NCBI GenBank assembly: GCA_040954595.2
Contig: CM082593.2
Location: 1,831,730 to 1,895,729 of the forward strand
Reading direction: 5' to 3'
Length of the DNA: 64,000 nt
Source: Balanoglossus misakiensis
Taxonomy: Eukaryota > Animalia > Hemichordata
The notes below the pieces were generated by a model. The model was not told the DNA's origin, searched no databases, and saw only the letters and a program-made list of their open reading frames with translations. The position numbers and the translations under genes were made by a program. Below are positions 14,895-28,700 of the stretch, in pieces; within the stretch, counting starts at the first letter, position 1, and each line of letters starts with the position of its first letter.

Positions 14895-16091
14895 CAAGTT
14901 GTAAAAACATTTTATTATAAACCAAGAAAAACAGGAATATATCCTTGTGAGGAACAAAATATTACACCATCACCAAAAACCAGGAAATAATATTTACACC
15001 CAAATAAAAGTAAAATCTACAAAATTATGTCACTTACCAAAATTTATTTAAATATTTACAATACTTAGGTAAATTCGGCACATTGTACTTTTCAATGACG
15101 CCATTCTCACCGGGAATTGCATAAACAATGGTAACTGGTGCATAAGATTTATTTTGCGATTTTCATCCTGATATAAAAATAGCATTCTGAATTAACGATA
15201 TCGACAACGAGTAGTAATTGTTCAAGATTTATATACTTAAACTGTCCCAGTAACCATCTAGTGATGGGATAAAACCTTAATAAAAGATATGTCGTGTAGT
15301 CTTCGACATTAAGTTTTAAATTAGTAAAAGTATCTCTTTCAGCAAATAAAACATAATCTCATACATTCCATGAATTCGTATATTATTTACAGATTTTGAA
15401 ATTTCAAATTTCAGATAAAAAAATGCATGAGGTTTCCTTATTAGGAAACCAACAAGTTGTATCTTAACGATGCCTAATGGTGATATTAATTATGTCACTA
15501 ACACGAAACAATCACATGTTAAAATTGCAGTGTATATCAAAGGAGTGGTAGTATGCATAGTAATATTTTAAAACTCAATATAAACTATTGCTGATATAAC
15601 CTTATACCCTTACAACTGTAAATCCTGAAAATCTGCAATACAATTTTCTGACATTTCACGCTAAAATGTACATGTTCTGATGACACAGCAAACTGTGATG
15701 TGCCATACCCTCACAGTTTCGCCTTGGTCATAGTGATCACAACGCCCTCTTTTGGCAAAGAGCGAAAAAACTTCCATAATACAGTGACGTTGACGACGAA
15801 ACCGCAATGCATAACTACCATCTCTGGTTGGTAAAACAGCATCCTCTATGGACAATATAAACATTTCTTCCATCTTTACCTGGTGGTTACGGCTGAGTCT
15901 ACTATGTCAAAGTGTGGAGGTCTGTTTTCATGTGCATATAAGATCCATGTTGAAGACAAACTATTCCATGTAATGGGGAGTTCCGCCTACCCATGCAGGT
16001 CTAGCAAGTCAATTATGTCTCCTCGTTTTACCGATGGAAAAATCCAATATGGACAGCACAATATTCCTTGGAGTAAATTCCAAAGTCCATT

Positions 16092-18608
16092 CTAATGCAG
16101 GTCAAGCGATTCCAAGTATTTCTTCTCGATAATTTTAGGAATGATGAGTTGTCTGAGTTTAAAATAAAACAATATTAAACGTTTACACAAGGTTTACTTT
16201 TAGATTGCAATAAATGTTGTTTTTCCATGAGGCGCAAAGAAAAATAAGATAATTGAAAATAGGTGTAATTCCCTTTAAACATACCTGACTGGAATGAAGA
16301 GGATAAGTATAAATGGAAAGACTGTCTTCATGTAAGACACAGGTGACATTCCAAACACACACAGCACAACCAGCTCCACCAGTTCAATGACCGTGAACAT
16401 ATGCATCTTCCTTTGTGGTACTCTTCTCACATAATGGCTTGGGGGATAGGCTGACTAGTAAAAATGACAAAGTATTTTGTCAACTTTGCTGAACACTTGG
16501 TAATGTGACATTTTCTGTACATGTTCATTTTTCAAGAGATCATTTGGTCACTCATACATATAAATACTCGCTATCAAATATTGCCAGGATTTCGGTCATG
16601 AGATGAATAAAACTACATAATGAATGGTAGACGAATAGCCCACGTCAAATACAAAGCAATTTACATACCTGTTCTGTGATGAACAGCAATAACCTTTCAA
16701 AGAACTGGTTTCCAATCAAGGATTGTATTGCTAGAAATATGTAGACTCCTGCAAGCACTGCCATTGGAATGTATTGTAATGGCGACGGTAGCATCAGTAT
16801 CGAAATACCGATGAACGCATGCGCCATGATCAGTGTGAGTCTTGTCTCTCGCACTCGAACAATTCTAACAAGAAAATGAGAGTGACGAGAATGCATGATG
16901 TGCTGATTCGGGAGACTTTATATCACCTATTTATTCATATTCAAACACATGTATAGTCAGGCTCATTAGCCAGACCTCGCTCTATCCTTCGACGGCATAG
17001 TGCGCCACGAGCGGCAAAGCCGCGAGAATCATCGTTCTTTGACGGTCGATTCTCACAGTTTTGACGTTCATGGTGCACTTCGTGTGGTTATGCCGTTGAA
17101 AGATAGAGCGCAAGTCTGGCTAGCGAGACCAACACATGTAAAGTGATCTGAATTCCTGCATACAACCTGGGAAATCTCACTTACATTGTTTGAACGTAGC
17201 CATAGTTGACTCTTTCCTCCACATCAGCAAGCGATCTGACATGCATCGGCGACAGAGGCACTATGCCGTGAACCATCGGCATTGCGAAAACAGAGAAAAA
17301 TAAGTTTAGCACTCCACACAGAAAAAGGTCCCAATGGTATGACGTCCCCTTCTTTAATCTGTTAAACGGACGAAATCACTGACGTTAGAACAAGTGGGTT
17401 ACTAGTATTCCCAGTTAAAGCAAAAGGTTTCAAATGTAGTGACAGAACTAAAGAGGGCACTGGACATAAAATTGTGCACGCCATAGCAGAGCATTTACAA
17501 TCCGCTCCAAATTGGAGTTGTTTGCCTTCAAACTTACTTGTTTTCCGGAGAATTGACGACAGATCCAGTGATATTGTGTTCCATCATGACCATCAATGCT
17601 AGTGACAGGCCAAGTCCGAGACATGCGAAGAAACGACCGTAGGTAACCTGGTCAAAATTTGGAACAGTGAAGATTTCATTTTGTGCATGATAAGGAAATG
17701 GTTTCACTGAAAGAAAAATAGAGGCGTTTCTGTTAGTGCATCCGATTAAGAAAATTCATTTATTATTAGTGTTCACAGACGCAACCGTATAGAGACACAC
17801 TTATAGCAAAAAATGGCGAGATATTCGCATTTTTCAATGGCCGTTTGCTGAAGTAAAGACATTTTAATGCACTTTCACACAGAAACGTCAGAATCTCGGC
17901 GTCAGCTTTAGATTTTCAATCAAAACGATGACGTTTGACAAATTCTCATGTTATGTCTGTGATGACAGTAATATAATGCTTCGAATGTTCACACGGTTTA
18001 TCTTTGTCTCATTTACCTCAGTCTAAAGAATTATCTCTGCTCTAGTGGATGTCACATGAATACTTACAGTGTATATCTTTAAAACAATAAGATCCGATGA
18101 AAGACCAGACGATGACTGTTATTGCTAGGGCTTGGTTGGAAAGCAGTTCCCTTGACAACGTTGCCAAATATGGACTGAAATTGTAAACAGACAGAAGCAT
18201 TAAATCTTATCTATTTCGGCTTTAGTACAAAACCACCACGTCAAAACCGTCTGGCGTCTGTGAATCTGTCGTCAACTTCCTCTCAAAGGCGTTGACCCAA
18301 GCTTATCTCAATGTTATTATACATAAAGTGGGTCAATCGAATCTGGGGGTCATCGTCTAGCAATCGAGGATGCCGCCAATATGTCTGAAATCAAAGAACG
18401 ATTTACTACATGAAAACGAATCTCCAATATAGCAGGTTGAAAGAGATCGTAATCGCGTACTCTCAACAAAACCATAGTTACTATAGTTGCAAAAGATGTG
18501 CGTTGATTTACTAGACTTTTCATCATGAAATGCACTCTCTTTCTCGGTTTTTGTCTGTCTCTTTCTAATTTGTCTGCGAATGTGTCTGTCTCTCTCTGTC
18601 TTCATCTG

Positions 18609-18639
<31 letters not shown>

Positions 18640-21600
18640 CTACATCTATATTTACGCACATATCGTGATTTGTATTTACCTTCGTTTGAATCTATACAGA
18701 GTAATCCCCACCCATGGAACTCCCATCATCAAAAGTAGAAAAAGCACACTATTTTCAGGATAACACGACCCATGCAGACACTCGCGCCTCATAATCGTTT
18801 TGTTGGCAACAATCAACTCGGGTATTGCGCCCTCTACCATGTCCGCGGCTAGCGACGCCATGTTGTAATCTTCGGATGTGTTGATAATACTGATGGTGGA
18901 AGATACATTGGGTTCCGACATGTAGAAATGACTTGGCTCAATCTTCAAACAAGAGTAATTAATGTCAAAATCTGAAAGGTAATGAAATTGCATGACAACC
19001 ATGCAGTAAATTAGATTTTAATAAAAGCCCGTGAAAACAATAATATTGCAATGTATATTTAATATCCATATTCACCAATTTAATTATTGTCATGCGAGGT
19101 ACTTGGTTTTAGATGGCGTCAAGTCTGGGGTATATAAGGACACATAAAGCGTCCTCATGGGACTGGATATTTGATCTCATCCAAACCATTCTATGTGGAA
19201 ATGGTGTCTCACTTACTGGCCACAGCTGCATCTATTGCCTCCTTGATGAGCGTGCATGCTACGAATAGTGTAAAGATTTCATCCACCGACCGAGTCGACC
19301 ATTTCATGAGCTTGCTAACGTCGAACACGGCGAAAAGTATCAAAAACCCCGAACTGCAAATCCCCACTAGCCCGTACACCTGGTAGAAGTCCCAGTTATT
19401 CTCTTCCGTAACTATGTAAATAACTGAAAGAAATTCAAATTATTACAGATCTAAAACATTTGTATATGACGTCAGGTAATTGGCCGATTTTGGATGTCGG
19501 TCTAATTAGAATCAAGCAATATTTGGTGGGAAATGCTTTCAAAATTATTTGTTTTCCGCCACATAGGCTAACACTGTCTGTGTTGAGGGCTCCCTTCTTG
19601 ATCACTTGGAGACAGAAAGTGTGCCCTTGGGAAAGGGTGAAAGAACTTTGCATAATACAATTGGATACGGCAGGCTAGATTTTACGCAGTGTCTACCACA
19701 ATCAGATTATACCCACGATGTGCAATTTCGTATCCCTGCACTGCCTAAAGGGGCAACTCAATTAGATAACACTGCGTATTCCCTTACGTGGATAAACTTG
19801 TATTTAACGTATCCCTCGCACACACTAAATGTATTCGCGTGTCTTCAATTTTTACATCTGTTTCCGTTTTTCGTTACAGAAAATGAAGCTAAAGTATAAC
19901 ACTGACAATGTATGATTGAACTAGGCCATTTCAGCTCATACGCGCATTTCAAAAGTGAATGTTTAAACTTGACAAGGGTGACCTCAATTCTAGTTCTGTA
20001 TGTGAGTCTATCGGGTTCTATCTTATCATAGGGCGCTCAGGTTGTTAATTGATCATCATGCAAGTGTAATTGCTGAAGTTGAAAATTGAAATTTCATTTT
20101 CTGCAGTTATAACTCTTTTAACCGAGATCGTGGTCTCTGGAGGACCGTACCCTATTCTCATCAGCGACCATGTCTTCACCCTCACATACCGTTCGCAGCA
20201 TGCATCACTTTAGAACCCTAATTATGGAACACTTTACTGACTGCCTCGTTCGTGACTTGTGCGCCGTCCAGCAGGGGTAAATCTAGCCACTGGAATCTAG
20301 CGCAGAATTAGATTTTCTCTCAGCGTTCAAAGGACACTTTTTAACTAGATTTAGCCCAGCTGCAGATGACATACCGATTGCAAAAAAAAAACTGAGAATA
20401 TTGAGCTTAGAAAGCAAAACGTACTGCATACAATGGGATGACAAAATCTTGCGGTCTTAATTCCTATATAGGAAAGAACTCATATATACCAAAGAACTCA
20501 AATCCAAAAAATTTCAACCGTTATATGAGCATACCTTTGGTAAAAAGTGCCAAGGGTGCTGATGTGGCCATAACGAGCAATGGCTGACCACCGAGTATAC
20601 CTCCGATGAGTCCAGCAATAACTTGCCCTACCAAGGCCTTTCTCACACCTGTAATAGGCAAAATTAAGTAATGATTAAACACCGGTTGTAATATACCTTT
20701 TCTGCATGTATAACAGATAGCTTTGAGCATAGTGTACATTATATGAATGCCTGGTTGACTACTGTTGGCTCTGGAAAGCTGGGTCCTTCATTTGCATGCA
20801 TACCTTGCAAACGATAAACGTTACCAGCATTCTTCAGGGAAAGGCTTATCGGGGTTATCAGTGTTGGAGGTAAACTGACTAGGGTTAGTAAATGATGTTG
20901 ATAGTGTTTGAAGAAATTGCTCGTTGTAATTTCAGAGTTACAGTAACATTTGTTGAAGTAGGCAGAGGTCACGTGGAGGTCACATGGGATGGTCATTTCG
21001 TGTGCGCGAATCTTTTCCATAATACCATGTGATTAAAATGTACATTCATCCTTAGGTGAAGCCGTAACTGGCAACAATTCTGTTGAGTTGTGATGTGATC
21101 ACCACTCCAGGCTAAGAGCTTTCCATATGTAAAAACATGTCTTTCTTGTAACATGCCGACATTCGTCACCTATTACTCGAAGTTATGGTATGATTGCATC
21201 AAAGTATGCAAAAATCAAAATTGTTTATTCTGCACTCGAAGTGGTGTTCCCACATCATCCAAGCATTATGAATAAAAGGCATTTCAAGAGTTGACAGCTC
21301 CATGTTTTGCGTAATGACAGACGTGGTCTGAATGTTGATGACATAGTCTGTCTTCAAACGTATTATTTGTGACCATATGGAATATTCCAGAATGTCAGCT
21401 TTTCTGGGACCTTAAAGGCAATTATATGAATAAATTATTCAGACTTTGGGGGAAGTGAAAACGTGTTGATATTCCATTAATTGTGTACAAATCTCTCATT
21501 CCATTTGCGCTGGTATTACATTATGTACATTGAATATTAAAATAAAATATTTGTAGACATTGACAATGTCATCAACTCTGTTATAACCATATTGGCGGCC

Positions 21601-24600
21601 ATTTTGAATTTCAAATTTTAGAAAACGCGTCTCCATCGTTGAAAATTTTGCACAGTGACCCCCAATTTTTATTCACAATTTTAAGAGAGAATAATGTAAA
21701 ATTGCCTTGAGAAAAATGAAAGAAAAAGTTTACGACTTTGATTTTCTGGGCGCGCACTACCTTTAAAAAGTATGGCAAATACCCAGTGGCTACGACATAA
21801 AATTTGACGGAAATATATCAAGATAAATATTGTTTATTGACAATATGGAATCACTGAATAAACTGCCCACTTCAGAAATTAAATGTTAGTTAACTGGTAT
21901 TTTATTTGTCGACCATTTGAAACCATTAAAACTTTTGATTCATTTTCCTGTGTTAAAAATATGTTTGGTAATAGCGTTTGCATTAACGACCCTGTTTGAC
22001 TTATTTTACGACAAAGTCGCCGGATTTTCACTTAAGGTTTTGAGTAAAGTTTGTTTTACAGTTGTACTTCCTGGGCATTTAGAATTTCTACCATAATATT
22101 ATAAAGAGCATTTAAAATTCCAAATCACTTCAGCAGACTGAGATATTGTCACATCCTTATAAGCACGGGTGGTTAAGCAATAGGGAACGTCAGTTAAGTG
22201 TGAAATGGTATAACATATGTATTATATGGAATCCCCGAAAATCTTACAAACACGCAGTCAGCGTTGTTTCAGATGACTGACTTTGTACGTGTACCGGAAA
22301 GTGTATCTATAGTGAGTACATCGCATTCTAACGGATGACGTCACAGGTCAAGGAGTGAGGTCATCGTACTTACCGATGTAACCATAAGTGTTCTTGTCGT
22401 TCAAGACACCAAGCGATAAGGTAAACAGGAGGCACGAGAAATACAGGAATACGATGGTTGTTATCAGGACGCGGATTGAATGCGCGCCACCTTGTATCCC
22501 TGGGGAATTATTGAAACACAAAGGGTTATATTTTAGGGTGGTTGGAACGTAAACTGTTATGTGACCAGAAAATTCTTGGAAAGCAATTTACAACATAGGC
22601 TAATCCCTGTTTTCTTAAGTCCCCTTAATGTTGAATACTCTACTATGTGAATATCAAATAAATCCTACCGTCTTGAAAGTCGCTTTTATAGTGTGGGATG
22701 CGTCTTTTCAAATCTCCACGAACTCCCACTAGAAAAGTGCATTTCTTTCTCTGTAAATAACAGAACGATATGTGCTTACCATGTGATCAGAGAAAGGAGC
22801 CATTGTATATGTGTGTGCCTTTTTGCACGCGAGGGAGATACACTCTCAGGTTTCTTGAATGTATACACAGTTACATGTATATATTGATAACATAATGTCA
22901 GAAGTAGTTAAAATCGATGTCTTACCGTATCTGCTTCTAGAAATGGATTTTTCATGCTGTGTTCACTTTCCCGCCGACGAACCAAGTTGCGTACATTTGT
23001 TTTATCCGACAATTCGTTGACTCTTGCTTGCAGTATCTGAAAGGAAATAATCAAGTACATGTTACAAAACCTCAGTTTTTAAAACAATACGACTGTTTCT
23101 AGAACAGAATCAATATTCCACTGTGACCGTGGAAACAAACATTGCATCTGTCAGAAGTTTTGGTGATGATAAAATTGAGTTGTTTTGTCGTTGTAGTTTC
23201 TGTCCCATTTATTGGTGAATTCATTCATTATTTCTTTGATTGATTGTTTGTTTGCTTGCTTGCTTGGTTGTTAACGGTACACGTGGTACCAGGCTGCAAT
23301 ACACGATGTACTCACATCGAGAAGTTCTTCTTCGTTTTCGGCCTCTTCCCAAAGTGACACACGAAAATTGATGTCCGTAAATAAAGTGCTGAAGGTTATT
23401 GCGGTCTCTATGGAATTTTTGGTCCCTTTCTGCCAATTAATGATTAAAACATAACCATTAACAAACTTAACTGCACTTCACGCAAGACTTGCAGTGGAAA
23501 TATTAATTGACATATCAGTCATGCACTGTCGGTTTTACAAAATGTATTATAGTATCATGCCCCTAAACACACAAAACAACACATGTGGAGATATGCCTTT
23601 ACATGAACCTATCCATTAAACAACCAGACATGACAAAGCATTGTGATTAAAATTGATTGCACTGTTGTTAGACAATGTGGTATATTAGAATTATTAAGCT
23701 TCTTGTTTCATACCTCCACTGTTGGCGCCAATACCAGGACAACAAAACGTACATCGGTGCAGGTGAAACCAAGATTTGTTGGCCTCCGAAGGCGTCCAAT
23801 GGCAACGCGACGTCTTTGTAAATTTTTCAGACTTGCACTGAAATAAAACGCATCATTTTAACAGTATGATGTCTGTTTGTTTGCTTGCAGATGAAAGAAT
23901 ATCTGATCAGTGAAGCAAACTTGAACAGCTTTCAATGTAAGTACACATTATGTTTCCCATTCATTGATAAGCTTTGGTAATGATGAATGGAAACATCTAC
24001 TAGTATTTAGTACCTTTTGATTTACTTACAAGGCACATAACCAACTGTCTTCAAAGAACAACCCTCCTCCCAGCATGACACTTGATTGCAGTGTATTGGT
24101 CAACAGAGAACCTGCCAACAAATCGAATGAATGAATGAATATACGTTCATTTGTTTCATATCGACACAGATACGCTGTATTGCGTACTCTTGATTGGCTG
24201 AGACCGTACCACATGACATAGGAAAAACATGATACTAATTACATCAGGCTGGTGATCTCTGATGCTCGGGCATCATCAATATTATGGTCAGAGATCACCA
24301 TCCCTCGTGCAGGCTAAAGATCATGATATTGCCCTCGCTAACATGTGTTATTATTTAACTATCACATAACGTACAAGAATCTTCAGCAAATATTGCCCGT
24401 CTGGCTTCGGAGATGCTCACTCCGGGTTCGTTGTCCAACAATTTTTCGACCATGGGGTTGATGACGTCATCAAGCGTTGTGTCAGGAAGGTTGAAGAGCA
24501 CAGTAGCTTCATTCATGAAATTCTTGATGTCTTGGGTCGGGCGAACTTCTCGTTGGAAATCTCGTTCTTCAACTCTCTGGAGAAAATGGCAGTGTTTTCG

Positions 24601-25720
24601 CATGAGAGTTGTCGATGTTTTGTCAAAGATGTTTAATACAAGTACGAGTTCAAGTATGACTTTAGTATTTCGCTTTCCATTGTACATGTATGTTCAGTGC
24701 CCAGCCAACGTACCATGACATATTTGTTATATTTTCCAAAAACTCAACAAATTAATTTAGTCTCGTATCAATCAATCAATCAACCAGTCAATCAATCAAC
24801 ATATATATATATATATTGTTGAAATGACATAGTTTGTCTGTACTGTACACGAAAACAATAATTTGGGGAAATTGAATATTCCCGGTTCAAGTAGACCTAA
24901 TGGCACATGCTTTGATTCGTGTTCGTGTTCCAACTTCTGATTGCGTCAAATCTTCACGTTCACGAACGTGTCTGTAATTGAAGCAACGTGTATAAACCAC
25001 CAGAGAGGAACAATTGAACCGTCCAAAAATCAATGCGGTAATCCAACATGGATATAAAGAGTGGGAAGCGGCTTTCCACTCCATTGCAAAACTACGCCGA
25101 GGGGAGCTCAGACGATGCGAACTGCGTCCTTCATCACGAGCGCTGGTTGATACGGCCCAGTAAATGAAATAAGCATTCTAAAAATCCGTGCGCTTTAGTT
25201 TGTTAACACTCACAATGTATGCGCCTGTGAATTTGCTGCCGTGCAAAGCTTTGAAATGTGATACTGAAGGAAACGGATGTTTTCTAGAGTCTAAGATTAT
25301 TTCGAGAATCGAAAATCTAATATATGAGACACTAGCCATGTCGATATTCCTTGCACCAATATGCTTGTTAGGTAGATTACACCATGAATGTAAACTTAAT
25401 AATGGAACAGGTATTCGCTGAATAAATAGTGTTTCCAAACACACACTTTACAGTCAAGTGGAGCAGGTCCTTGCGTGTGCTGCACAAATTACGCTCTTTG
25501 GAAGCCGTTAGTAGCGTGAGTGTTAGTCATTCGTGCCAGTGTAGTATGCATTTGATCCTATTATCCCCCTTTTCAGGTGCGTGTAATAACAGAGCATTGT
25601 CGAATAGAGAATCTCGTTTGTAATCAGATCAGCTGAAGGGTTACTTCACCAAGGAAAAAATGTTTACTCTATCGTCTTGGAGTTTTCAGGTCTGCTACAC
25701 CCATGTTACATACATACTGG

Positions 25721-25792
<72 letters not shown>

Positions 25793-28700
25793 AACAAACA
25801 GACCTCACCTGTCTCTTTGTATGTATCAACATTGACTTTTTCATGTCAGCAATTCCTCTGACCAGCTGCTTGACCTTTCGCCATCCCCCTGGAGGGAAAA
25901 CAGACAAAATGTGAATTGACATCGTTCAAAGATTAATGTTGTTCATAAACACAGCACGCATTAATTGGGGACACTATCAGCGGTCTCTCGTAAAACAAAT
26001 TTATAGCAACTCTTATTTAATGCCGGAAATATATAATCACTTTCCGTAGGTCTTCTTCACGAACATAATACCACTTTAAAAGAAATAAAATGCATATACA
26101 AATCGATAAAAGTGCCTGAAATGTGTCTAGTTTATAGACCACATAAATATTCAGACCGAAGCCAACAGAGTTGGGTGACACGGATATTCAAGTCATAAAC
26201 TATTACGTGAATATGATATCGACCGCATAACTTGTCATCTGGACTCCAAGGACCCAGAGAATGGAGAAATTGCTCCGGAAATCTGGAAAATGTGGCATTC
26301 ATCCCCAGACTAACTTTATAAATTTTAGTAACCCTCTTTTCTAACACATTCAAACCCTGTTTGGGGCATGACATGTCATACTTCATGTAGTCTAGAAGGA
26401 TGCAATTTTTATTTTGTCTAAGGCGACGCCACTGCGGAGTTAATTACCAAACACAAGCATGTTGTGCGTTTTTTCTAAAACAATTTGCTGGGGTAACTTG
26501 TGTTCCTTTGGTGGTTGAGTTATTTTTGCATCTCTGATATGACCTGTCTGACGAAACAGCTTGTCGACCAGTTTGACCACTTGGATGTGCATGTTTTTTG
26601 TGTAAACTGGACATGATGTCCTGTACGCGAACCTTGTTTACAATATCTTCCCAAGATGCACTCTTGGAGCCTTGACCCGAGGTCACTTGTTAGCTGTGTA
26701 CTGTTCCAGAGGCGTCAATGACGACAATCGATAGAATGGACTACAAAATTATTCATGCACGTTATAAACTTCACAAATTGAATTATAATATCTCTGTTGC
26801 ACTTCAACTGTCATTTGAATTAATTATTTCATTGTGGAATGATTCAGTGGCGCGTTTTAACATGCCCTTGAAAAATAATTATAACAGCAGTAAAATTCTT
26901 TTTTGGCCTTCACTCACACACATACCGACTTAATTTTGTAGATTAAGTAAGAGAATTAACAATGACCTTGAAATAAGAGGTGTTCCCTCAACTGACCTTA
27001 ATAACACACAGATGTGTCATTTTTGAATTACAGCTTAATCTGACGGAAATTAATTGGCTTTGGGTTCTTCGCTTTAAGAGGAGCACATTCACAATGAGAT
27101 CGATTTAAATTTCGTGATGGACTGCCCGTTTAATGTTAAAAGGGCCCGGTTGTTTCTGAACCGTATCACGTTTATATTGTTATATTTATTTTCCATCATG
27201 CGCAAAGAGGTTGCAAGGTTACAGTGTGATGATAAATATGTGTTACAGAAACGTTGGCTTTGCCGCCTTAAGTCACCCGCTCTTCCAAATGCATTGTAGG
27301 AAACACGTACTAGTGAAGCTTTGAACTGAGACGCAAATGTTTGCTTCAATTATCATAATTTGAATAATTCCAATATATCGACACATTCATATATTGGCTT
27401 CTCCCAGAATGAATATTGATGATATAATGACAAGGTTGCCCAGACACTCAGAGATATCCAACAGCGGTTTCTTAAGAGTTACCCTGTATCAAGAATAATG
27501 ACATTCAGAATATAAACGACAGGCCTATAGAACATTTATGAGTTCTTTCCATATCATATCTTCAAAGTGATAAAATTATTGGGACATTCAGAAAAAAAAC
27601 GGATATGTAAGCTTAACATTGATGAATTCTTGTGATATCATATCTTCAAAGTGATTTGCATATCAGTATGGTTATCATTTACATAATCGCAATACATTGC
27701 TTATAACTTCGTTATCGCTCAAAGCGAACATTCTCGGGCACCCGAGGCAGTGGTTGATTCATGGATGAACAAACCATGTTCATCACGAACGCCCCGAACA
27801 ACCGCGACCATGCACGATTCACCGACACAGATAAATCGATCTGCTACAGTGCTGACTAAATCTATCGATAGATCTGCCAGTCGGGTCGCCCGGGATGCCT
27901 CTACAAAAGTACGCTAGTAGTTCAATGCAGATGATTGATGTATTAATTGCTGTTTGAAGTGGTCGTCTGATGCACACTGACAATTTCATTTCCTGCGGAC
28001 AAGTTCTCGCCACTCTTCTTAAATGAATAATCAGAAACATGACAATATGTTACCCCTATTTCATTCAGCGGCCTTAGTACTTGTGGCATGACCATGAAAC
28101 ACTAGCATTAGCGATTTACGTCATCATTAAATTTATTTACCATGTCTAATTTGTGTATTTATCTCCAAACTAAGAAAGAGCATTAAAATTAGCAACAACC
28201 TTGCATTTGGCAACAAAAACGATCAAAAGACGAATCGAGGGTTTAATACTTAATCACTTCTTAAGTCTTTTTCTGTGTACTGATGGAATGCAAAATGCTT
28301 TTCCGTTGATTGCCCTATGCAGCCTATATAAAGTATTGTGCACTTAAATCGGGTATTTGCATGGCTGCTGTTTTCATTATAAGCAGGCGGCTTCTTTCAT
28401 GTGCTCAGCACTGATCTACAGTCGGCTGCTTCATTGGCAAACCACATCACGCAAGGTTTTGGTAAAAAGTGACGAAATATAATTTTCCACGCGTTTTGCA
28501 GAGAACTTCTGCGCGAACGCAGATTAAAGTACGCCACACATGGATTGGAAGCTTGTTTGGGATTGGAAACATCTAGTGCACTAAATGCAAACAGTGCATG
28601 ATTGAACGCGCCGCACGTCAGCTCAAATTTGTTGCGGCTTGATTTGGGAATATCGACCCTTAATTTCACCATCACGACCCTGTTCGCTTGAAATTAGATG

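Noticed and set aside
18-15000. Numerous 60-130 aa ORFs in the first 15 kb
   Set aside because: No recognisable domains or consistent exon chain. Lengths are as expected by chance.
26444-26740. Protein-like minus ORF (SWEDIVNKVRVQDIMSS) as an extra SLC4A11-like exon
   Set aside because: The best acceptor (26741) leads to stops in all three frames, and the donor phase does not fit the next exon.
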